The notes under the pieces were generated by a model. It saw only the letters and a list, made by a program, of their open reading frames with translations. It searched no databases and was not told the DNA's origin. Shown here in pieces: positions 1-8,355 of a stretch of DNA of 21,598 nucleotides (position 1 is its first letter; the number at the start of each line of letters is the position of its first letter). This DNA is from Paramicrosporidium saccamoebae KSL3. Taxonomy: Eukaryota > Fungi > Cryptomycota. Position numbers and translations under genes: made by a program. The stretch spans positions 1 to 21,598 of the forward strand of contig MTSL01000030.1 in the NCBI GenBank assembly GCA_002794465.1, written 5' to 3'.

Positions 1-43
1 TGGAGGATAGATATAAGCGTACAAGTAGGTTGTGCATAAGTGT

Positions 44-284
44 ATAAGCAGGTTGCGCTATAAATTTAACTGATTGTTTATAGGGAGATTGTGCTATAAC
101 TTTAACTAATTGTTTATAGGGGGGTTGGGCTGTAACTTTAATCAGAATCTATAAGGAGGTCGTACTGTAACTCTAATTAGAATCTGTAAGGAGGTTTTAT
201 AACTTTAATCAGCCGTCCATAAGGAGGTTTTATAACTTTAATCAGCCGTCCATAAGGAGGTTGCATAACTTTAACTGGTCGTCT
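44..284. repeat. Degenerate minisatellite, 7 units of 36/36/35/35/33/33/33 bp (consensus ~ATAAGGAGGTTnnnTATAACTTTAATCAGnnGTCT)
   Basis: Units start at 44, 80, 116, 151, 186, 219 and 252. Units 5 and 6 are nearly identical. The array ends 28 nt upstream of the ATG at 313. Confidence 0.9.
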
Positions 285-312
285 ATAAGAGGACCCTCGG
301 GTTTGGCTCGGC

Positions 313-2256
313 ATGGATCCTCAACATCCTGTCGATATAGCCGGTCTCCGTGAACTCGTTGCGGGTTCCCAAGAGGTCCCCACTAATCCAATCATCACCG
401 AGATACTTGAGGAGATTCGCACAAAGTCGAGTGACATTATTCCCACTGAAAAACTCAGCCCCACCGGACAGGCAGTGGCTCGTAATCTTGATGAATCCTT
501 GAAAGACTCGGGACGCATGATCGAGACCAAGAATCGAGATGATTTGCTGCAGAAAATGTCCCTGCGTGTTTCTGAATTGGTGCGACTTCAGAGCAGCGAT
601 GTGGGGAAGAATGCCGCTCAGAAGCTGTTCAGTGAGCCCAAGGAACGGCTCTCATTGACGGCACAAATTCTGCGCGAAGAACGGTTGTCGGAACGGCTTT
701 ACAATCTGACGAAATTGCTGGTCACTTCGGTCAAATTCCGCGAGTTGCTGAGTGAGACGGTCAACATTTTACAGCAGTTATTCCGTGGACCTAGTGACCG
801 TACAAAAGAGGAAGGGGGTTCATACGCAGAGGCGGTGAGCAAAGAGCCCGAGGAAACGGATGCACCATCAGAGACTCTGAGCAGAGAGTATGAGGGATTG
901 GACGCCGATGCCAAACGGAGATTATTTGATCGCTTTGTGGAGCTGATTACTGGAATTCAAGACAACAAGGAATATCAAGAGACAATGAATCTGCTTCTGT
1001 CAGTGGTTACTAATATTCCCTCATATCAAATGAGTAGCCTTGAGGAACGAATCGAAGCCATGAATCCGACCGAAAAACATGTGCTCGGAGAGATGCGCGA
1101 GAACATTGGTATCTTTTTGCGCGACTTTAAGCAGCTGTTGGAGAATCTTGCCAACACCAAGATTGACGACGCTATCGAGACCTTTTATGATGTTGTAAAC
1201 CAGCTTGGCAATGATGATGAAGCCACGGATATGCTTACTCGAATTGGGGATTTCTTCAGCCGTTGTTTCCAGGACAAAGATTTTGTCCAGAACTCGATGA
1301 AAAGCGAGGGGGAGGTGCTGATGCAGGAAAGTCGTGTAAAGTTAATGGACAAGTATCGACCGTCGATTGAGCACTTTGTGTGTCAACTACGATATTACCT
1401 GGACCGGATGAAGAGGGACCCCTTGGCCCGGAAATTGACAGATGATATTTCGGCTTTGACATCGGACCTGTTCTTTGACAAAGAGGGAAATCCAACATTC
1501 AAGCCCGAGTTGCTAATGGATCTGCAGATTGTCGTGCCTGCCATTCTTAAAAACTTGCGTTATATCAAGATTCCTGATATTGAGGTTCGCGAGCCCGGTC
1601 TGGAATTTTTTGCCACCGGCATTGTCATTAACGTGGGCGAGTTAACTCCCCACCATCTAAAACTTGCCTTGACAACTGACATTCCCGAAGATCCCAGTCG
1701 TCCGACAACCAACAAGATTGCCTTTGAAATGAGCCGAATCCATGCCGAGGCCCAAAATATCCGGTTCGCCATTGCCAAATCGGGGATTCCTCCACTAAAC
1801 GACACGGGACTGGCCGATTTCCGGATCTTTGAAGACGGCATGCGGGTCAAGCTGTGGATGCAGCCGATTGTCGGCGTAAACGAGACGGAAAAGACAGTAA
1901 AGGCGGGTCTGCAAGTCTACAAGACTCGATGCGTGTTGGACAACTTTGATCTCAATGTGCATGGTTCGGGACACGATTGGATGTACTATTTGCTGGGGCC
2001 ATATGTGAGGAGACTGGTAAAGGAAAAGATTGAGACGGCCGTGAATAATTACTTTTTGTCTACCGACCTGCTCACTTCGATCCCTGTCCCGGAGGCAATT
2101 GCATCCCAACAGTCGCAGGCCCAGTCGTCTCAGACCCAGCAATTCCAAACCCAGCAATCCCAAACCCAGCAATCGCAGACCCAACCGTCACAGTCTCAGC
2201 AATCCCAGGCTCAACCATCACAGTCTCAACAGTCCCAGCCATTGGGTGCAGTTTAA
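313..2256 (+). CDS. HAM1/DUF4449-like fungal protein: helical N-terminal region, C-terminal BPI/TULIP-like region, Gln-rich tail (647 aa)
   Basis: Uninterrupted 647-aa ORF. The C-terminal pattern (IPDIEV...D.G.ADF...GM.VK...LDNFDLNVHGSGHDWMY.LLGP.VRRLVKEKIE.AV) resembles, from recall, the fungal HAM1_C/DUF4449 family. An HMM search is needed to confirm. Confidence 0.65.
   Translation: MDPQHPVDIAGLRELVAGSQEVPTNPIITEILEEIRTKSSDIIPTEKLSPTGQAVARNLDESLKDSGRMIETKNRDDLLQKMSLRVSELVRLQSSDVGKNAAQKLFSEPKERLSLTAQILREERLSERLYNLTKLLVTSVKFRELLSETVNILQQLFRGPSDRTKEEGGSYAEAVSKEPEETDAPSETLSREYEGLDADAKRRLFDRFVELITGIQDNKEYQETMNLLLSVVTNIPSYQMSSLEERIEAMNPTEKHVLGEMRENIGIFLRDFKQLLENLANTKIDDAIETFYDVVNQLGNDDEATDMLTRIGDFFSRCFQDKDFVQNSMKSEGEVLMQESRVKLMDKYRPSIEHFVCQLRYYLDRMKRDPLARKLTDDISALTSDLFFDKEGNPTFKPELLMDLQIVVPAILKNLRYIKIPDIEVREPGLEFFATGIVINVGELTPHHLKLALTTDIPEDPSRPTTNKIAFEMSRIHAEAQNIRFAIAKSGIPPLNDTGLADFRIFEDGMRVKLWMQPIVGVNETEKTVKAGLQVYKTRCVLDNFDLNVHGSGHDWMYYLLGPYVRRLVKEKIETAVNNYFLSTDLLTSIPVPEAIASQQSQAQSSQTQQFQTQQSQTQQSQTQPSQSQQSQAQPSQSQQSQPLGAV
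2104..2238 (+). repeat. Coding 15-bp tandem repeat x9 encoding xQxxQ pentapeptides
   Basis: Translates as SQQSQ AQSSQ TQQFQ TQQSQ TQQSQ TQPSQ SQQSQ AQPSQ SQQSQ at the C-terminus of the 313-2256 ORF. Confidence 0.9.
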
Positions 2257-2384
2257 TTTGTAAACTGTTTATCACGACAGTGTATTATAATGTGCCAGAT
2301 AATAAAATCTATTGTTTATCTATGCTCCTTGATGATTGGCTCGTGGGGCCCCATAAGCGGCCGGCTAATCCAAACCTGCCCAGC

Positions 2385-3131
2385 ATGCGGGACCAAGCCA
2401 TCTCGGTGTTATTTGTGCTTTCATTATTATTTATTCAGTGCACTCATGGAAGCAGGAGGAGAGTGCTAAGCAAAATGTTAATCAATGACGAGGCTGATTT
2501 ACCAGCCACTGATAGTGACTCTGAAGATTTAGACTATTTAAAGACGGAGAGTAGTAGTCTTAGTGACAACAGCAGTGACAGCGATGACTCGACCACAGAG
2601 TCGGATGAAGGTCTATTTGATGAATCGGAAATGGAATCAGAATGGGATGAGGGAGCGTCAGAGCCAATCGGTGAGCCGGGTAGTTTGAACATGCCGATTG
2701 AAATCTTGAGGAGTATCCAACGAGATTTAGAAAACATCAAGGAGACGCAGGAGGAGCTGGTATTAGAGGCGAAACCTGTAGAGCGGCAAAGACCACGGAA
2801 AGCAGTGGAGAGACCTTTAACGAGCGAAAGTGGGACAGTCCGCGGGTCACTGAAGGGTATGCTTAGGAGGTCGAAAGTGTCCAGGGAATCGGATGGACCT
2901 AGGCGACTGAAAACGTCCAAGGGATTTGGTGGATCTAGGCGACTGAAAATTCCCAGGGAACCAGAGGCTCATAAGAGATCAAAAATATCCAGTGAATCAA
3001 ATGCTCACAGAGGACCGAAAGCGCCCAAGAGGTCAGATTCACACGAGATTAGCTCGCTCAATAGATCAGACCAAAACAAGAGAATCTTTGAAAATACCAC
3101 AAGAAGAAAACGCAAATGGCCACGTACATAA
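2385..3131 (+). CDS. Orphan secreted low-complexity protein (248 aa): signal peptide, acidic S/D/E tract, basic repeats, C-terminal RRKRK
   Basis: The ORF-track start at 2280 is GTG. The ATG at 2385 gives MRDQAISVLFVLSLLFIQCTHG, a typical signal peptide. No homology recognised. Confidence 0.7.
   Translation: MRDQAISVLFVLSLLFIQCTHGSRRRVLSKMLINDEADLPATDSDSEDLDYLKTESSSLSDNSSDSDDSTTESDEGLFDESEMESEWDEGASEPIGEPGSLNMPIEILRSIQRDLENIKETQEELVLEAKPVERQRPRKAVERPLTSESGTVRGSLKGMLRRSKVSRESDGPRRLKTSKGFGGSRRLKIPREPEAHKRSKISSESNAHRGPKAPKRSDSHEISSLNRSDQNKRIFENTTRRKRKWPRT
2877..3020 (+). repeat. Coding 36-bp tandem repeat x4 (12-aa basic units)
   Basis: VSRESDGPRRLK / TSKGFGGSRRLK / IPREPEAHKRSK / ISSESNAHRGPK, with units starting at 2877, 2913, 2949 and 2985. 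Confidence 0.75.
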
Positions 3132-3223
3132 TGCATATAATATAATGATTGTTTACATGCCTCGGGCTGATTGGCCAATGCCGGCCAATTGATATTAACA
3201 CCCGATGCGCTCTCGGGAGTATC

Positions 3224-5308
3224 ATGCGGGTTGTCCCTTTGCTAGCATTCATATTACTTGGTGCTCTGGGAGAACGACGCTTTCCAGCGCGTCGCCCAAA
3301 ACGGCCCATTATTACCGGCTTGCCAATTACCGATGACGGAGATGACATTGTTGCCAGCGTTGGGCCGGACGGGACACTGTGTGTGTGCAAGAAAAAGGCT
3401 GGTGGTGGAGCATCAGGCCAAAAAGGGCTGATGAAATTACTTTCACGGCTGGAAAGAAAGGCTGCGAACAAGGCAAAGATTTTAGAAACTCCAGAGAGTT
3501 CAGAAAGCTCATCAAATGATTCTACTAATAGTTCTAACGTTGATAGCACCGATGACTCGGATTCGGACGGAACAGACACTTTGGCACAAAAAAATGTTCA
3601 TCGGCATACAGAAAGGCGTACTACTAAAGTGCCAACAAATTTGAAGGAGACCACATCTGAATCTAGTGATACTAGTGAGTCTACATCAGAGTCTGGTGAA
3701 TCCTCAGAAAAAGTGAGCAACGTTCAGAAAAATGCAACAAAAAGACGGTCGGCCGATATAATAGACTCTTATTCAACGTCCTCATCTGAATCTAGCGATA
3801 CAGATACTTCATCAAGCACTTCATCGAGCTCTTCATCAGAAGCCTTATCGAGTTCTTCGTCGGATACTTTGTCGAGCTCTGCGTCAGATGCTTCGTCGGG
3901 CTCTTCAGAAGACACTTCGTCGAGTTCTTCAGAAGACACTTCGTTGAGTTCTTCACCAGACACTTCGTCGGGCTCTTCAGCAGACACTTTGTCGAGTTCT
4001 TCATCAGATGTTTCGTCGAGTTCTTCAGCTGATACTTTGTCGAGTTCTTCGGATATTTTGTTCTCCAGCGACTCTGAGCAGGAATCGTCTAAGCGTGCTG
4101 TGCAAAAGTCGACTAAACGTTCTTCACAGAAATCCACTACGCAGAAATCAACTAAACCTACTGCGCAAAAATCGTCTAAACGTGGTGCAAAGGAATCTCA
4201 TATTGTTGTGCAAGAAAAAGATACAAAGCCAGCTTACTTTCCTTCTTTTGTGACATCCCATGTCTGCAAAGAGATGCTCACTGACATTGCTCGTGACGAT
4301 ATCCATGCGTTGAATGTCCTCCTCGGTAGTCTCCATAATACACCCATCTCAGAATGGTGTCTCCAGGAGCTACTAAGGACGGCAGATTCAATGAGGCGAT
4401 CTATTGCACTGCGCACAATCATGAGACACGCACTACCTCGGATACCGCCACAGGAGCTGAAGAACTATGAGGCCCTTTTGGTTAATGGCAAGGTGCCCAC
4501 TGAATTAGTCTTTCAATATCTTAGCAGTCTCCCTGTCTCACCTGCAAAAAGGACTGAAAAAATGATCAAGGCAATCAACAAATTTCCTTTGGAGGCCTCC
4601 ATTGAAGCATTGGCAATCTGGGATGGACTAGACTCTAAAACATTAAATGCGGCCAAAAATGAGCTCGTGAGACCGAGAAATGAGGTTATGATTGCTTTGC
4701 AAGCTATCAAATCCAACAAGGTTCCGAATAACTTGAAAGTACTGAGTGATGTAATTATTTCTGGCTTGTTAAAGCACTCACCAAACCTTTGGCTTGCCGA
4801 TGATCGTTTAAAACGAGCCATAGTTAATTCCATTGGAGACCTAGCCACTGCACTGATGCAAGGACATTTCAACTTGTTGGATTTTGCAATGCAAGTGGAT
4901 CATAACGGGGCTATGCGCTTTCTACGGACACACGGGGAAGAGCTACTAAATAACCCTGATTTACCTCTGGCAAGCTTCCTGGCTCTCCTTCGATACATAC
5001 CAGCACCAGCCAGTGTGACACGGAATCCAGAAATCCCGATTGACTCTCGGGGCGCAATTGTGCTCACCGAGACACTTAAGAAGCAGCGTCCTCATTTGAA
5101 CATTTGCCAAGCGCCTGAACGGGCTACCTTGCAGGGTGTCATTCGGGAGGAAGAGTACCGATCCATGTCTGCCACAACTGGGGCCACGTTCCTTGCGCAC
5201 ATGATTTTTGTGCGATTTGGTGTGCATCCAGATTTGCAAATAGAGCCAGAATTTACAGGCTCGCTACAAGAAGATGTAAAGACTATCATTTTGTCATATT
5301 GTCAATAA
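3224..5308 (+). CDS. Orphan secreted protein (694 aa): signal peptide, long Ser/Asp/Thr-rich region, QKS-rich basic repeats, C-terminal probably helical domain
   Basis: The ATG at 3224 gives MRVVPLLAFILLGALG, a hydrophobic leader. The frame is open to the stop at 5308. No recognisable domain. Confidence 0.75.
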   Translation: MRVVPLLAFILLGALGERRFPARRPKRPIITGLPITDDGDDIVASVGPDGTLCVCKKKAGGGASGQKGLMKLLSRLERKAANKAKILETPESSESSSNDSTNSSNVDSTDDSDSDGTDTLAQKNVHRHTERRTTKVPTNLKETTSESSDTSESTSESGESSEKVSNVQKNATKRRSADIIDSYSTSSSESSDTDTSSSTSSSSSSEALSSSSSDTLSSSASDASSGSSEDTSSSSSEDTSLSSSPDTSSGSSADTLSSSSSDVSSSSSADTLSSSSDILFSSDSEQESSKRAVQKSTKRSSQKSTTQKSTKPTAQKSSKRGAKESHIVVQEKDTKPAYFPSFVTSHVCKEMLTDIARDDIHALNVLLGSLHNTPISEWCLQELLRTADSMRRSIALRTIMRHALPRIPPQELKNYEALLVNGKVPTELVFQYLSSLPVSPAKRTEKMIKAINKFPLEASIEALAIWDGLDSKTLNAAKNELVRPRNEVMIALQAIKSNKVPNNLKVLSDVIISGLLKHSPNLWLADDRLKRAIVNSIGDLATALMQGHFNLLDFAMQVDHNGAMRFLRTHGEELLNNPDLPLASFLALLRYIPAPASVTRNPEIPIDSRGAIVLTETLKKQRPHLNICQAPERATLQGVIREEEYRSMSATTGATFLAHMIFVRFGVHPDLQIEPEFTGSLQEDVKTIILSYCQ
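3824..4060 (+). repeat. Coding 24-bp tandem repeat x~10 (8-aa units, SSSSEDT[SL]-type)
   Basis: TCGAGTTCTTCAGAAGACACTTCG-like units from 3824 with 24-bp period: SSSSSEAL SSSSSDTL SSSASDAS SGSSEDTS ... Confidence 0.9.
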
Positions 5309-5624
5309 AACGCACTGATTTATATGTAAATCCGAATTGGTGAGAGGGACCGATATGGTGCCTATTAGCGTTCGCAACCAATTCCGTTTATGGCTGGTAA
5401 TCGTCCTACAATCCGGCTTGTTGCTGAGCGAATTAAATTTATTAAAACATGTAGCTCCTTTAAGGTGGTCATTCTTGATATAACCAAACTGAACTGTGGA
5501 ACCACCGAGTCGGATTCACCAGCGATACGCAGATATTGTTTAACAGGCGCTTTTAATAAAAAATTCCGCTCTCACCCACTAATAGACTCTTTATTCGAAT
5601 CTCTAGCCCCCGCACAGCATATTG

Positions 5625-6797
5625 TTATAACATCCGACGGCTCTTTAGATGGTCCTCAAATTTGGACCAAAACTGGAAAATTACGTTTGAATCAAGATGC
5701 CGTCTGGATCGATTGATTGTCAGCCGGGTGACATTCCAGCCTGAAATCTTTGGATCTTGTCCCTTTTCATCAAAATCTAACACGAATCCCTTTACGTGCT
5801 GGAACAAATCTACTGGCGTGTCCCACTTCCATCCTTTGAATTGCCACGTGTTTCCCTGCACAAACACGGCGGCAACCCGGTCCCAGTCAGCTGACGAGAG
5901 CCTCGTAGGGTTGTCGACTACCTGAATCCTAATCTTGCGACCACCAATTTTGTGCTCAAAGAATAGAGAATTCTCCTTTGGCCGCCCTTCGGCCTTGGCG
6001 TCTGCTTGAGATACAAAGTGTCCTCCCTCTAGAAACTGTCTGACATTATACATGGTTAGGAGCGCAGTAGGGGTCGCCGGGACCACAATTATTGGAATCA
6101 GGGCCTCCCTAGATGATACGGGCACTTGGACAGGCTTCTGAGCAGGCCTGTTTGCACTTGTGATTTGGTCGATTAGAGACACTGGTTGCCTGGCATTTGT
6201 CAAAGGGACTGCAGCAGCTTCTGTCAGACTTTTTTGCATTTCAATGGCAATTTCAAGAACATTACTAAAATCCTTGTGCACTGAGAGTAGACCGCTGTCC
6301 CTAGCCTTTGCCGGTCTACTCTTCACTCTGCTGGTAGAGACAGTTTGAGCCGTGGTCAGAACGGCAGTGACAGGCTCCTCCCACACCTCCTCTCCGGCCT
6401 CATCATCTCCGAACGATCTTCTAGGCGCGGGCAATGGCGCAGTCAGGTCGACAAATTGACAATCCTCTGGCCTCTGCTCCTCTTCCAAATACGCTACGAG
6501 GTCCTTCCGATCAACCAAGCTGACCACGCCGACGCCGTTTCGTCGGGCCTCCTGCATATATTCGCTATAACTGCCCTCTCGGCGCTCCAACATGAACCAT
6601 ACGGCGTCGAGGGGATAAAAGTCTCCAGCTCCACGCTTGGACCGAAAGTTGGTTGGTGCGTCACGAGGAAATATGTAGCCACCAAGCTTTAAATAGACGC
6701 ATTGGGGTAGCTCTCCCACCTGGGTGCCAGAATGGTCATGTAAAGTCACGGAACCTTCAGTCTTGAGACATTTTCTCAACGTGAGCAGAGGATCCAT
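5625..6797 (-). CDS. CDC73: Paf1 complex subunit Cdc73 / parafibromin (390 aa)
   Basis: N-terminal MDPL..L and YPLDAV.FML...YSEYMQEA...V.LVDRKDL.AYL. C-terminal PIIVVP..TALLTMYNVRQFL and DWDRVAAVFVQG..WQFKGWKW. The start is placed at MDPLL (6797) by family consensus; an upstream ATG exists at 6842. Confidence 0.93.
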   Translation of the reverse strand: MDPLLTLRKCLKTEGSVTLHDHSGTQVGELPQCVYLKLGGYIFPRDAPTNFRSKRGAGDFYPLDAVWFMLERREGSYSEYMQEARRNGVGVVSLVDRKDLVAYLEEEQRPEDCQFVDLTAPLPAPRRSFGDDEAGEEVWEEPVTAVLTTAQTVSTSRVKSRPAKARDSGLLSVHKDFSNVLEIAIEMQKSLTEAAAVPLTNARQPVSLIDQITSANRPAQKPVQVPVSSREALIPIIVVPATPTALLTMYNVRQFLEGGHFVSQADAKAEGRPKENSLFFEHKIGGRKIRIQVVDNPTRLSSADWDRVAAVFVQGNTWQFKGWKWDTPVDLFQHVKGFVLDFDEKGQDPKISGWNVTRLTINRSRRHLDSNVIFQFWSKFEDHLKSRRML

Positions 6798-7022
6798 TTG
6801 CGACTCCAGGGTCGCCGATGTAGTAGTAATGCTCGGTTGCATGTGTATTCGCGTTTGCGTTTAGCTAGCGGCAAATGTGATCCCTCAATTGGCGCCTGGC
6901 TCGTTTCTGTGGCTGATTTATTATCCTAGTTATATGTTCCAATGGCACATTACACAGACACTTCACTTGTATACGCTTAATAGATGAATGCACGGATATT
7001 TTCTATATTCCCTGTATTCAGC

Positions 7023-7094
7023 GGCGACTTAGTTTAGTGGTAGAATTCTCGCTTTGGGTGCGAGAGGTCGCGAGTTCGATTCTCGCAGTCGCCC
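7023..7094 (+). tRNA. tRNA-Pro (UGG)
   Basis: 72-nt cloverleaf: acceptor GGCGACT/AGTCGCC, anticodon arm CTCGC-TT TGG GT-GCGAG, T-arm GCGAG-TTCGATT-CTCGC. Confidence 0.95.
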
Positions 7095-7099
7095 TTGTT

Positions 7100-7171
7100 G
7101 GCCACTTGGTTTAGTGGTATAATTCTCGCTTAGGGTGCGAGAGGTCCCGAGTTCGATTCTCGGAGTGGCCC
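7100..7171 (+). tRNA. tRNA-Pro (AGG, probably modified to IGG)
   Basis: 72-nt cloverleaf: acceptor GGCCACT/AGTGGCC, anticodon arm CTCGC-TT AGG GT-GCGAG, T-arm CCGAG-TTCGATT-CTCGG. Confidence 0.95.
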
Positions 7172-7174
7172 ACA

Positions 7175-7179
7175 TTTTT
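7175..7179 (+). terminator. Pol III oligo-dT terminator (T5) after the second tRNA
   Basis: TTTTT lies 3 nt downstream of tRNA-Pro(AGG). There is no T4+ run after the first tRNA. Confidence 0.7.
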
Positions 7180-7186
7180 GCTGCGC

Positions 7187-8351
7187 ATGGCAGTGAGGAA
7201 GCAGACCATTAACTGGGACATTGCTATCAGCACTGTTGCTGTCTTGTTGTTGGTATATGTCTGGGCTAGTTCGCATATTTACATTTTCATTCCATGGGCG
7301 GAGATGACGTGGCGGAAGTACAAGTTGGGATGGGTTGTATATTTGGGCACCATCAACTTGCTCCTTGTCATGAGCTTCTGGTCCTTCTTCGCCGTCGCTC
7401 TTACCAGTCCCGGAGAGGTGTCTCGCGAATACAGAACTGTGATTCTAAAAGTAATACTTCAACCGCATTGATCATTTAGGACTCTTCGGAACGCCGCAAA
7501 CATCTCCGTCTGTGCAAAAAGTGTGATATGATTAAGCCTCCTCGTGCGCACCACTGTTCACATGGCTGTGGCTCTTGCATTCTGAAGATGGACCATCACT
7601 GTCCGTGGGTGGCCAACTGCATCGGCTTCTGGAACCATGGACATTTCCTCCGCTATACGGCGTATACTTGGTTGGCTGCCTTGTTGACTGAATGCGGCAT
7701 TGGTTATCGTCTGGTGCAAATGATATGGTTGCCGTCGCAAGCCGTTCCAGAATGGCAGCGGTTCTATGTATGGAAATTTGATACACTGATGCATAGGTTC
7801 CGATCATGCCGATATCGCTGTCCGAGGGACTTGTTCTGATATTTAATGGGATCCTGTTGTTTGCAGTGCTGATTCTGCTTGGCATTTTGCTGATCACGAC
7901 GATCAAGAACATAATGGAAAATTGCACAACCATTGAGAGACTCGAAGTTTCCCACGAAAAGTACTCGTCGCTCCGTAATGGACACGAGCAGGTATTGGAG
8001 ATGGTTGGGTTGACGGTGTAGGCTGAATTTCCATTTGATCTTGGAGTAAGAAAGAATGTAGAGCTTGCACTAGGAAAGCGGGTATGGGCATGGCCGTTCC
8101 CGCTCCCATCGAGCTGGCAGCTGCAGGGACTCGGGGATGGTTTTGAATTTACCACTTTTGATGGACGGATGGACTATGAGTGGCCGCCTGAAGAGTATTG
8201 CTCCGACTCTTCGTGTTCCTCAATGGATGATGAGCCGTTAGTGCTGCACAGTGATCCAAGTCTCAAAGTGAGACCTAGGAGAGACAGCGAAGGATATCTA
8301 TTGCCGCCCCAGCTTCCTTGGCACAGTGACCCGAATCTAATCTATAAATAA
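7187..8351 (+). CDS. PFA4: DHHC palmitoyltransferase, Pfa4/ZDHHC6-like (358 aa; exons 7187-7450, 7480-7767, 7797-7991, 8022-8351)
   Basis: CKKC..KPPRAHHC...DHHCPWVANCIG, TTIE motif, FPFDLG..N, GDGFEF, WPP and RRDSEGY. Three phase-0 GT-AG introns (7451-7479, 7768-7796, 7992-8021) join four ORF pieces in frame. Confidence 0.88.
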
Positions 8352-8355
8352 TGCT

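Noticed and set aside
44-284. CRISPR-like periodicity of 33-36 bp
   Set aside because: The units are contiguous and degenerate with no unique spacers, there are no cas genes, and the context is eukaryotic.
3769-4137. Minus-strand ORF with striking EELDEVSS repeats
   Set aside because: It is the antisense reading of the 24-bp Ser-coding array in the 3224-5308 gene, starts without ATG support, and has no independent evidence.
5390-5716. 108-aa plus-strand ORF overlapping the CDC73 3' end
   Set aside because: No recognisable motif, and it overlaps a conserved gene antisense; probably incidental.
6798-6842. 15-aa N-terminal extension of CDC73 from the ATG at 6842
   Set aside because: The family consensus begins at MDPL. 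The extension is possible but unsupported.
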